From a virus (lineage: Duplodnaviria > Heunggongvirae > Uroviricota > Caudoviricetes): 53,705 nucleotides of DNA. The notes under the pieces are model-generated. The model searched no databases. It was not told where the DNA came from and worked only from the letters and a program-made list of their open reading frames with translations. Where the stretch lies: IMG/VR virus record IMGVR_UViG_3300037466_000352; one strand, given 5' to 3'. Position numbers and translations under genes: made by a program. How positions within the stretch are numbered: position 1 is the first letter of the stretch; the number at the start of each line of letters is the position of its first letter. Shown here piece by piece: positions 36,411 through 44,246 of this stretch.

Positions 36411-36486
36411 TCCCTAGTAGCTCAGTTGGTAGAGCAACGCACTGTTAATGCGTCGGTCATAGGTTCAAGTCCTGTCTGGGGAGCCA
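36411..36486 (+). tRNA. tRNA-Asn(GUU)
   Basis: Canonical cloverleaf, loop CT-GTT-AA, G73, CCA. Confidence 0.93.
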
Positions 36487-36519
36487 AATTCAAACAAATC
36501 AGACATCCAAGGATAGTCG

Positions 36520-36927
36520 ATGACAGCGGTAAAGAAACAAGAACAGCTTGGGATGAACCCAAGCACGGCGGCAAATCGCCTAGTAAAAGACGTATTGTGG
36601 TCGTTGGTAGTCAAGACCGGTCAAGATAGTTGCTGCAAGTGCGGCGAGAAGATGACCCGAGAAAACTACTCAATTGAACACAAAACGCCTTGGCTGGATA
36701 GTGAGAACCCTATCGAACTTTATTTCGATTTGGACAACATCTCATTCAGTCATCACGCATGTAATGTTGGTGATTCACGCCGACCTACGGCACAACACGG
36801 TTCTGCCGCGATGTATAACAAGTACGGATGTCGTTGCGAACCATGTAAAGCCGCAGATGCAGCAAAACGTGCAGGACGTTATTCACCGGAAAAGCGCAAA
36901 GCTAAGTATCAGCGTTCCGGTCATTGA
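36520..36927 (+). CDS. HNH endonuclease, putative homing enzyme in the tRNA array
   Basis: CCKCG...SIEHK.PW...DNISFSHHACN, C-terminal CRCEPC. Confidence 0.82.
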   Translation: MTAVKKQEQLGMNPSTAANRLVKDVLWSLVVKTGQDSCCKCGEKMTRENYSIEHKTPWLDSENPIELYFDLDNISFSHHACNVGDSRRPTAQHGSAAMYNKYGCRCEPCKAADAAKRAGRYSPEKRKAKYQRSGH

Positions 36928-36966
36928 ACAAACAAAACTTACATCATTGTGAAAGGTAACTAAATC

Positions 36967-37212
36967 ATGGTCGCGATCCAACACAAAGCAGTCGATACCT
37001 TCAACGCACAAGCACGTCGCGTCTGGAAACAGACCGTCAATCGTGGTTGGTTCACGTTGGATAAGATCGCAGCGGAAACGTATGACCCGGTGCAAAGCAT
37101 CTCTGCACGTCTGCGTGATTTCCGCAAAGAGAAGTTCGGTTCCCATACCGTCGAACGCCGCATGATCGACCGTGGCCTGTACGAGTACCGTGTGATCCCG
37201 AACGCGGCATAA
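36967..37212 (+). CDS. small winged-HTH DNA-binding protein
   Basis: WFTLDKIAAET...SISARLRDFRKEKFG, YEYR. Confidence 0.7.
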   Translation: MVAIQHKAVDTFNAQARRVWKQTVNRGWFTLDKIAAETYDPVQSISARLRDFRKEKFGSHTVERRMIDRGLYEYRVIPNAA

Positions 37213-37220
37213 AGAATTCC

Positions 37221-37296
37221 GGGTCTGTAGCTGAGTTGGTCCAAGCGCTTGCCTGAAGAGCTAGAGACGGTGGTTCGATCCCACCCGGACCCACCA
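37221..37296 (+). tRNA. tRNA-Phe(GAA)
   Basis: GGGTCTG/CGGACCC, loop CT-GAA-GA, CCA. Confidence 0.88.
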
Positions 37297-37306
37297 ACAA
37301 ACAAAT

Positions 37307-37382
37307 AGTCGCGTAGCTCAGTTGGTAGAGCAACCGCTTGATAAGCGGTAGGTCAATGGTTCAATCCCATTCGTGACTACCA
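37307..37382 (+). tRNA. tRNA-Ile(GAU), canonical copy
   Basis: AGTCGCG/CGTGACT, loop TT-GAT-AA, CCA. Confidence 0.92.
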
Positions 37383-37478
37383 TAACAAACGAGATGAAGC
37401 CGTAGGTCGGCAATACCACAACGGGGAAGTTCAGGGGTTGATCTAAGTAATCAATCACCACTCCAACAAGGTTTTAAG

Positions 37479-38423
37479 ATGTCTTTGAAGTCCAAGCTTT
37501 ACGTTATTGCAGTTGTATCAAACCCCGTTCGATATGAAAGCCGCTACAGGCTGTTTCGTGAGTTCAAGGCGCGCATGGAAGCGACGCCGAATGTACAACT
37601 GATTTGCGTCGAACATGCTTTTGGACGACGCTTGCACGAAGTGACTGATCCGAACTGCCCTTGGCATGTTCAACTTCGTGGTGGTTCGGAATACGAACTG
37701 TGGATCAAAGAAGGTCTTATCAACGCTGGCTTGAAAAAGCTGTACGAGATGGACCCGAATTGGGAATACGTAGCGTGGGTCGATGCAGACATCTCGTTCG
37801 ATGATCCCGATTGGGCGTTGGAAACAATGCACGCCCTTCAGCATTACGCAGTGGTGCAGCCGTGGTCGATGTCCTACGACATTGGTCCCGACAATGAAAC
37901 CGTGATTCATAAGGCAAGTTCCTTTGGTCACGACTTCGCATGCAAGGTGCAACGCAAACCTTGGAAGCCTTACGAAGAAACGTACCATCCTGGTTATGCT
38001 TGGGCGGCAACGCGAGAAGTAATCGATGGTCTTGGCGGTAAGCTGATCGACTGGTGCATTCTTGGTGCTGGCGATCATCACATGGCACATGCGTTCACAG
38101 GGAATATCTGGGCCGCAGTGGACCCGCAACTAGGCGGCACATATCGTCGTCGCGCTGCACAGTTCCAATTGCTTGCAGACCGTCATGTGAAGCAGAACTT
38201 GGGCTTTGTTGAAGGTGGTTTGCGCCACTACTGGCATGGTCCGAAACGTAAGCGCTACTACATCGAGCGCAACGACATTCTGCGTCGAAATCGTTATGAC
38301 CCTGATTGGGACGTTGCGGTTGACCATAATGGTGTACCGTTCTTGACTGACGGGAAGCCACAACTTCGTGACGATATTCGCATGTATATGCGGGCACGTG
38401 ACGAGGACAGTCTTGAACTGTGA
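37479..38423 (+). CDS. GT-A-fold glycosyltransferase-like protein
   Basis: LWIKEGLIN, YVAWVDAD (DxD), HPGYAWA, GAGD..M, HYWHG. Confidence 0.6.
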   Translation: MSLKSKLYVIAVVSNPVRYESRYRLFREFKARMEATPNVQLICVEHAFGRRLHEVTDPNCPWHVQLRGGSEYELWIKEGLINAGLKKLYEMDPNWEYVAWVDADISFDDPDWALETMHALQHYAVVQPWSMSYDIGPDNETVIHKASSFGHDFACKVQRKPWKPYEETYHPGYAWAATREVIDGLGGKLIDWCILGAGDHHMAHAFTGNIWAAVDPQLGGTYRRRAAQFQLLADRHVKQNLGFVEGGLRHYWHGPKRKRYYIERNDILRRNRYDPDWDVAVDHNGVPFLTDGKPQLRDDIRMYMRARDEDSLEL

Positions 38424-38425
38424 TG

Positions 38426-38433
38426 TATAAATA
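38426..38433 (+). promoter_or_regulatory. late promoter TATAAATA
   Basis: Heads the last tRNA block. Confidence 0.75.
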
Positions 38434-38504
38434 GAAGCACACGTAGGGAACGCGATCAATGCCGATAGGGAACAGACGATTCGCCATCCGCGTACCTACT
38501 TTAT

Positions 38505-38582
38505 CTGGGTGTATTGTCAACTTGGTAGACGGCCTGATCTGGACTCAGGAAGCTGTAGGTTCAAATCCTACCATCCAGACCA
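38505..38582 (+). tRNA. tRNA-Pro(UGG), atypical anticodon loop
   Basis: C1-G72, A73, CCTGA/TCAGG stem, loop TC-TGG-AC, CCA. Confidence 0.78.
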
Positions 38583-38681
38583 AGAATTACCAAGGGTGAA
38601 GGACTTCGGATTGGGCTACTTTCTCTACTCCCGGTCCCATATTTCCGATGAACCCTTACTCTTTTCGCAGTGCTTATCGGT

Positions 38682-38754
38682 GTGACAGTATCTCAGTTGG
38701 TAGAGAACCACATTGTGAGTGTGGTAAGCGTCGGTTCGAACCCGACCTGTCACC
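38682..38754 (+). tRNA. tRNA-His(GUG)
   Basis: GTGACAG/CTGTCAC, loop TT-GTG-AG, C73; no encoded G-1 and CCG in place of CCA. Confidence 0.82.
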
Positions 38755-38775
38755 CCGATAAGCATTGCACCCAAC

Positions 38776-38850
38776 ATGGTGTTCGTCTATCGGTCAGGAC
38801 AGTAGGTTTTCAACCTACCAAGGCGGGTTCGATTCCCGCACACCATACCA
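38776..38850 (+). tRNA. tRNA-Glu(UUC)
   Basis: ATGGTGT/ACACCAT, loop TT-TTC-AA, CCA. Confidence 0.9.
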
Positions 38851-38853
38851 GTC

Positions 38854-38931
38854 TGCGCCGTAGCATAGCTTGGCCTAATGCAGCGGGTTTTGACCCCGCG
38901 ATCATCGGTTCGAATCCGGTCGGCGTTGCCA
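38854..38931 (+). tRNA. tRNA-Gln(UUG)
   Basis: Loop TT-TTG-AC, unpaired 1-72, G73, CCA. Confidence 0.88.
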
Positions 38932-38940
38932 AAGAGTTAC

Positions 38941-39015
38941 AGGACCATATTTCAACGGATAGACTGCGTGGCTACGAACCACGCGATAGGGGTTCGATTC
39001 CCTTTGGTCCTACCA
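38941..39015 (+). tRNA. tRNA-Arg(ACG)
   Basis: AGGACCA/TGGTCCT, loop CT-ACG-AA, CCA. Confidence 0.9.
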
Positions 39016-39096
39016 AGAATAGAAGTATGCAGCAATACCTGAAAAGGGTACGCCTGTACCTGAATTAAGGATTGCTGTGGATCGTAGTACATGAAT

Positions 39097-39180
39097 GGGC
39101 GAGTGGCTTATGGAAATCTGGTACACCTACGTGCCTTAGAAGCACGGCTTTTCTCGGTTCGAATCCGAGCTTGCCTACCA
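39097..39180 (+). tRNA. tRNA-Leu(UAG), atypical
   Basis: Loop CT-TAG-AA, A73, CCA; enlarged D region, short variable region. Confidence 0.8.
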
Positions 39181-39188
39181 AACAAAAC

Positions 39189-39272
39189 GCGCGAATGGCT
39201 TATGGAAATCTGGTACACCTACCGGATTCAAAATCCGGGCTTTTCTCGGTTCGAATCCGAGTTTGCGCACCA
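39189..39272 (+). tRNA. tRNA-Leu(CAA), atypical
   Basis: Loop TT-CAA-AA; D and T regions identical to the Leu(UAG) copy. Confidence 0.8.
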
Positions 39273-39292
39273 TACATCATTCAAGAGAACTA

Positions 39293-39649
39293 ATGAGCTA
39301 TCAAACAGCGCTGGAAGCTGCTGGCGCAGAAGTGCATGCCTTCGATTACTTCGGTGATTATCAAGGCACGTGGGTCGCGAAGGTGACGTACAAAGGCGAG
39401 ACAGGTTGGATTGAAGGTTCCTACGGTTCATGCAGTGGTTGTGACGCATTCGAAGCTGAATTCGGCTACAGCTACGACGACGAAGACAAGGATTACCAAG
39501 AACGCCTGAAGCTGTTTGGTGAATCGTACCTGACGGTCGTGGTTCCGCAAGAACAGCAAGTCGCAACGCTTGAACGCCAGACTAGCGATGGTTCGTATTG
39601 GGCTGGCGAGTACCAAGAAATCCTTGAATACGTGAAGGCGCATGGATAA
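39293..39649 (+). CDS. hypothetical protein
   Basis: GDYQG.W...GWIEGSYGSCSGCD.F motif. Confidence 0.65.
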   Translation: MSYQTALEAAGAEVHAFDYFGDYQGTWVAKVTYKGETGWIEGSYGSCSGCDAFEAEFGYSYDDEDKDYQERLKLFGESYLTVVVPQEQQVATLERQTSDGSYWAGEYQEILEYVKAHG

Positions 39650-39890
39650 CCAACATCGTCAAATCAAGGGCTATCGTGACCTGTCGCAACAAGAAATTGA
39701 TGCGATGAACGAAGTCAAAGAACTCGCCGCAACTGTCGGCAAACTGGTCCAGAAGCTTGAAGCACAAGACAGCATCGCGATTGGTCCGCGTATCGATGTA
39801 GACCCGCGCTGGTTGGCAATCGCCAAGACCGATCTTCAGAAGGGATTCATGTCACTGGTCCGCAGCGTTGCACAACCAACGACATTCTGA
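39642..39890 (+). CDS. acb2: anti-CBASS cyclic-oligonucleotide sponge, Acb2 family
   Basis: MDNQH..IKGYRDLSQ.EID.MN.VKEL and RWLAI.KTD.Q.G.M...R..AQP..F closely match the Acb2 sequence as I recall it. Confidence 0.9.
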   Translation: MDNQHRQIKGYRDLSQQEIDAMNEVKELAATVGKLVQKLEAQDSIAIGPRIDVDPRWLAIAKTDLQKGFMSLVRSVAQPTTF

Positions 39891-40105
39891 TGGACTTACT
39901 TGAACTCTGCTGCTATGGCGCGGCAACGAAGAAGCGCTACTGGCCGTATCTCGAAGCGCACGTCAAGGTCTGGTGGTTGAAGGAACACTTCAATTTCATC
40001 AAGCTGGACCAAGATAACCGCATGCTGCGCATCGGCTTCGGCAAAAATCAGGGTCGCGGATTCTTCCGTATCGACCTGTGGTCCGTAGGACTGCGAATTA
40101 CCTAA
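39890..40105 (+). CDS. hypothetical protein
   Basis: Coupled ORF. Confidence 0.5.
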   Translation: MDLLELCCYGAATKKRYWPYLEAHVKVWWLKEHFNFIKLDQDNRMLRIGFGKNQGRGFFRIDLWSVGLRIT

Positions 40106-40111
40106 CACAAC

Positions 40112-40198
40112 GGGTGTGTATCCAAATTGGTGAAGGAAGCTGACTGTAAATCAGTGACATAAGAAACGTTGTAGGTTCGAATCCTACTGCACCCACCA
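40112..40198 (+). tRNA. tRNA-Tyr(GUA)
   Basis: GGGTGTG/TGCACCC, loop CT-GTA-AA, long variable arm, CCA. Confidence 0.92.
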
Positions 40199-40578
40199 AA
40201 CACAATCAATCATGACGACAATTCACATCTCTGAACTTCCGATTGATGCGCAAGACAATCTGCGCAAGACGTATCACCAGTATTACATCAACGTCGATCC
40301 GGTTACGAACGAACAGTACGTTCGGTTCATGGGTGAGAACGTCGCACTCAGTTCGATCAAGCAGTCGCAAGTGCTGCTAGGTTGATGAAGGGCCAGCACA
40401 AGAAGTACAAGGGCTACAAGGTCTGCAAGTTCGGTCTTGCGTGTTCTTGTTGCCCGCCGCCGAAGGAACGACGCAACGACCATCGGCGCAACATGTCGAA
40501 ATTTTACCGGGACGAAGACCGTCTGGTAACAGAAAGCCAACATTGGGAAACTGATGTTGGCTTTTTTGCGTTTAGGGC

Positions 40579-40606
40579 TTGACAAAAATTCCCAGACCTG
40601 TAGAAT
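40579..40606 (+). promoter_or_regulatory. early promoter with ATTCCCA box
   Basis: TTGACA-aaaattcccagacctg-TAGAAT. Confidence 0.75.
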
Positions 40607-40642
40607 TCACTCCATCGCAGCAAACGAACCGGAGTGTTAAAC

Positions 40643-40933
40643 ATGACCAAGATCAACAACGCCATCGAGCAAGCCGCTGAAGACTACCGCATCGCGAACA
40701 ACCTGTCCCCGATGACGCTGATCGAAGCCGCCCGCGAACTGGAACTGGCGAACAACGGCTACACCTACGCTGCTGGCATGAACCCCGAATTCCGTCGTCA
40801 AGCCGAACGTCTGGTGGCCCGCAAGCAACTGTTCAAGGTCATGCTTCCTTCGCGTTTCGAAGGCGCACACGAAGAACTGGCATATGCCCTGCCCCGCGCA
40901 GTCGAAGCCTTCAAGTTCAAGACCATTGCCTAA
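40643..40933 (+). CDS. hypothetical early protein
   Basis: GGAG RBS before ATG 40643. Confidence 0.65.
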   Translation: MTKINNAIEQAAEDYRIANNLSPMTLIEAARELELANNGYTYAAGMNPEFRRQAERLVARKQLFKVMLPSRFEGAHEELAYALPRAVEAFKFKTIA

Positions 40934-40946
40934 CGGAGTGTTCATC

Positions 40947-41165
40947 ATGAACGAAATTGTCACCGTACCGGAAGGTACTGAGGGTTTCCCGCTTGGTGTG
41001 TCCGTCGAGATTCGCACGGAAGGCGACACGAAGTACGTGACGATTCTCGCGCGTCTTCATGTCAACAAGCGGTTCGAACTGCCGAACTGCTATTCAGCCA
41101 AGTTCACGACCGCAGACATTCTGCGAGACTATTCTTTCAAGAAGTATCTTATCCGGTACAACTAG
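40947..41165 (+). CDS. hypothetical protein
   Basis: GGAG RBS. Confidence 0.55.
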   Translation: MNEIVTVPEGTEGFPLGVSVEIRTEGDTKYVTILARLHVNKRFELPNCYSAKFTTADILRDYSFKKYLIRYN

Positions 41166-41184
41166 CCTTACACGGGAGATTGAC

Positions 41185-41409
41185 ATGAAACGACCTATCT
41201 GTGGCTTCAATGTGCTGTCTGGTCCGGTGTGTATGCGCAATGGTAAGGCGTACTTCAGCAAGGCCCGTTGGGACGGATGTGATAAGCGTGCGCCGAAGAA
41301 GGGAGAACTGTTCATCTCTGGTGCGATCCCACAGGCGTACCGGGCAACGTCTGATATGGACGAAGATTACTACATCGCCGTACCGCTCGATCCCGACACG
41401 TACCTCTGA
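41185..41409 (+). CDS. hypothetical protein
   Basis: GGGAG RBS. Confidence 0.55.
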   Translation: MKRPICGFNVLSGPVCMRNGKAYFSKARWDGCDKRAPKKGELFISGAIPQAYRATSDMDEDYYIAVPLDPDTYL

Positions 41410-41416
41410 GGTATCG

Positions 41417-41638
41417 ATGACCATCACGCCTTTCCAACAGCGCTGCATCGACTTTCTGAATCGTTCGAATACGAGCCGTTCGACGGCGGATATGGCGCAT
41501 TGTCTGAAGACATCAAACGTCGCCATCGTGTCATCGATGCGGTCGTTGGAGAGGAAGGGTCTGGCTGGTAGTCATCGCTGGCCCAACGACCAGTGGGCCG
41601 CTCTCTACTGGTTTCTTCGTGGTGAAGTGAAAAAGTAG
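41417..41638 (+). CDS. small winged-HTH-like protein
   Basis: GAGG RBS; STADMAHCLKTS...IVSSMRSLERKGL pattern. Confidence 0.55.
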   Translation: MTITPFQQRCIDFLNRSNTSRSTADMAHCLKTSNVAIVSSMRSLERKGLAGSHRWPNDQWAALYWFLRGEVKK

Positions 41639-41666
41639 TTGACAAGTATTCCCAAGTCTGTATAAT
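41631..41666 (+). promoter_or_regulatory. early promoter repeat, copy C
   Basis: AAAAGTAG-TTGACA-agtattcccaagtctg-TATAAT. Confidence 0.8.
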
Positions 41667-41700
41667 TCATCTCACACCAACACTTTGAAGGAGAACAACC

Positions 41701-41910
41701 ATGAATGCACAACAACGCCGCGTCGCCCTCCGCAAGCTTCCGAAGCAGGGTTCGAAGATCGGCTACCACAGCACGAAGGGGCTGATCGAAGTCCGCGTCG
41801 GTGGCTTGGTCATCAAGGATAACGGCAAGCCGTCGCTGACCCGCGTGAAGGTCACGAACCCGGCCACGCGTGGTCGCGCAACCCCGCTGCTGAAGCAACT
41901 GGTGTACTGA
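41701..41910 (+). CDS. hypothetical basic early protein
   Basis: AAGGAG RBS. Confidence 0.65.
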   Translation: MNAQQRRVALRKLPKQGSKIGYHSTKGLIEVRVGGLVIKDNGKPSLTRVKVTNPATRGRATPLLKQLVY

Positions 41911-41913
41911 ACG

Positions 41914-42201
41914 ATGGTCGATCTGAGTAAGGAAATTGACCTTGCTGGTGAACATATCGGCAAGGTAATCCGAATGATGGTTGATGGCGTTGCTTTCCCC
42001 GATAACCACGACAGCCGAAGATATGTCGTCTACTCGCACGAAGGCGACGACCTTGGACATATCTCAACCAACGATGTCGGCTATGCGATCAGCTTCATGA
42101 AGCAACGTGGCCGTCAAGTTGGAAAGATGCGTACAACTTCGACCAACTTCGCCCCTGCTTTCTCGTTTGCATGGATAGGCTGGCATTGGCTAGATTGCTG
42201 A
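41914..42201 (+). CDS. hypothetical protein
   Basis: ORF in the early cluster. Confidence 0.5.
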   Translation: MVDLSKEIDLAGEHIGKVIRMMVDGVAFPDNHDSRRYVVYSHEGDDLGHISTNDVGYAISFMKQRGRQVGKMRTTSTNFAPAFSFAWIGWHWLDC

Positions 42202-42209
42202 AATAAGTG

Positions 42210-42238
42210 TTGACAGGAATTCCCAAACGTGGGATACT
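42210..42238 (+). promoter_or_regulatory. early promoter containing the full dyad TCCCA-N4-TGGGA
   Basis: TTGACA-ggaattcccaaacgtgg-GATACT. Confidence 0.7.
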
Positions 42239-42273
42239 GTCAACACTGAAACATACTACCAGGAGCGTTACAC

Positions 42274-42627
42274 ATGGACCAACAACTTACCCGCGAACAA
42301 GTTCTCGCCCGCGTCGAAGCCTTCGTCGTTGCTCTGCAAGATTACTGCAACAAGGTGAACAGCGCGAAGAACACTTACAGTTACGTCATCACGGCTGAAG
42401 TAGGCCCGAAGAACATTCGCATCGTGCGCCGCGAGAAGTGGGTATGCAACCCAGAACCGACGAACGGTTCGGTTCACTGCTTCATCGATGCGGCAACGGG
42501 GAACATCCTGAAGGCTGATGGCTGGAAACGTCCTGCAAAGGGCGTCCGAGGCAACATCTTCAAAGATGACTTCGACATTGGTGTCGGGAAGGCTGTTGGA
42601 GAATACGGCGCAGCATATCTGCGTTGA
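42274..42627 (+). CDS. hypothetical early protein
   Basis: AGGAG RBS; SVHCFID...GNILKADGWKRPAKGVRGNI motif. Confidence 0.7.
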   Translation: MDQQLTREQVLARVEAFVVALQDYCNKVNSAKNTYSYVITAEVGPKNIRIVRREKWVCNPEPTNGSVHCFIDAATGNILKADGWKRPAKGVRGNIFKDDFDIGVGKAVGEYGAAYLR

Positions 42628-42664
42628 TGATCGGGGCTTCGGCCCTCACAGGAGTTCGTGAAGT

Positions 42665-42907
42665 ATGAAGCAGTGGATTTCCAATCGTCTGTTGTCCATC
42701 AAGTACGGTGCGCTGTACGTTCGCGCACTGTTCAATCCCGTAGTTGGCGTTCTGTATGTGCTGCTGTTCATTCAGTGGATTCTTACGCCATACGTTCATG
42801 TCGGCCACTTCCTTTTCACCTTCTTCGTTGTGTTGGTGATCGATGCACTTGCGTTTGCGCGCGGCATCAAAGTCGAGCGTGACTGGCATCAACATCATCC
42901 GCACTGA
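42665..42907 (+). CDS. membrane protein
   Basis: Two hydrophobic segments; AGGAG upstream. Confidence 0.55.
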   Translation: MKQWISNRLLSIKYGALYVRALFNPVVGVLYVLLFIQWILTPYVHVGHFLFTFFVVLVIDALAFARGIKVERDWHQHHPH

Positions 42908-42910
42908 TCC

Positions 42911-43144
42911 ATGTCCAATACACCGTTGTATCAAGCCCGGATTTACATGAAATCCGGCAACGTGATCGAGTTGTCGAATCTTCTTTCCCTGAATTGGGAA
43001 ATCAAGAACGGCGTCAAGAAGTTGTCGTGGCAACATCACCCCGACGAAAACACGTTCAACCTTCTCGGTGGAAACACCCTTGATATTGAAAGTATCGAGG
43101 CGATTACCCATCGCGTTCAAAAAGGTAGTGAACTGATTCGTTGA
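42911..43144 (+). CDS. hypothetical protein
   Basis: ORF in the cluster. Confidence 0.5.
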   Translation: MSNTPLYQARIYMKSGNVIELSNLLSLNWEIKNGVKKLSWQHHPDENTFNLLGGNTLDIESIEAITHRVQKGSELIR

Positions 43145-43181
43145 TACAAACTAGAAGAAGTAGAAAAGGAAGAAAACAAGA

Positions 43182-44246
43182 ATGAGTAACCTTCGCAAGT
43201 TCCCGAGCATCGAACAATTCAGGAATGTCATCACGAATGTTCGACAGTACTGCAAGAAGAACGATCAGCCGCTTCCCACACTGACATTCGTCGGCACAGT
43301 GAAACTTCATGGCACGAACGGCGGTATCGGCCTAAATCTCGCCACGGGCGAACTGTGGGCACAGTCGAAAGAACGCATCATCACTCCCTACGATGATAAC
43401 GCGGCATTCGCCAAGTACGTTCAAGAGAACAAGACCCTATGGGAAGTCTTTCTCCGTTCCGTGGTCGAAGCCGATGTCGTGAAGATGGATGGTGCGACGT
43501 ACGCCGTAGAACGGCTTGAGAATGCCCGCGTGGTCATCTTTGGGGAATGGGCTGGCCCGAGTATCCAGAAAGGCGTGGCGATCAGCCAAATCGAGCGCAA
43601 ATCGTTTTTCCCGTTCGACATCAAGGTGTACATCCCTGATGAAAACGACGAAGACGTGTTGGTCCTGAACTACGATCCGATGTCGTTCCCTGAACTGGCG
43701 ACGATCCCCGATTGCTATCGCATCGGTTCGTTCCAAGTCAAGGTGATCGACATCGACTTCAACGCACCACAAGAGTCGCAAAACGAACTCGTCGAACTGA
43801 CGCTGAAGGTGGAAGAACAGTGCCCGGTCGCGGCTGACTTCAATGTGTTTGGTATCGGCGAAGGCATCGTCTGGACCAACAAAGAAACCGGTCTGCGTTT
43901 CAAGGTGAAGGGCGAGAAACATAGTACGTCCAAGGTCAGCACGGTCAAGGAAATCAGTGCCGAAGACCTCGCACGTATCAGCACGATCAAAACCTTCGTC
44001 GATACGGTCGTGACCGAGAACCGCCTGAACCAAGGTCTGGACAAGCTGCGCGAGATGGGCCTCGAAATATCGGTGAAGAGTACCGGCGACTACATCAAGT
44101 GGGTTGTCGGTGACGTTCTGAAAGAAGAGATGGACCTGATTATCGCGTCGTGTCTGGACAAGAAGGAACTGAACCCGGCGATGTCGAACAAGGCGAAGGA
44201 ATTCTTCTTCGCACACCTGAAGACACAAGAAGCGATTGCAGCGTGA
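43182..44246 (+). CDS. RNA ligase, Rnl2-like
   Basis: Motif I KLHGTN, IFGEW, FDIK, GEGIVW, FKVKG. Confidence 0.82.
   Translation: MSNLRKFPSIEQFRNVITNVRQYCKKNDQPLPTLTFVGTVKLHGTNGGIGLNLATGELWAQSKERIITPYDDNAAFAKYVQENKTLWEVFLRSVVEADVVKMDGATYAVERLENARVVIFGEWAGPSIQKGVAISQIERKSFFPFDIKVYIPDENDEDVLVLNYDPMSFPELATIPDCYRIGSFQVKVIDIDFNAPQESQNELVELTLKVEEQCPVAADFNVFGIGEGIVWTNKETGLRFKVKGEKHSTSKVSTVKEISAEDLARISTIKTFVDTVVTENRLNQGLDKLREMGLEISVKSTGDYIKWVVGDVLKEEMDLIIASCLDKKELNPAMSNKAKEFFFAHLKTQEAIAA

Noticed and set aside
38670-39357. ORFs 38670..39068, 39072..39293 and 39091..39357
   Set aside because: They read through tRNA genes.
30632-41666. CRISPR-like array from the repeated ~36-bp elements
   Set aside because: The copies are kilobases apart and are promoters, not regularly spaced repeats.
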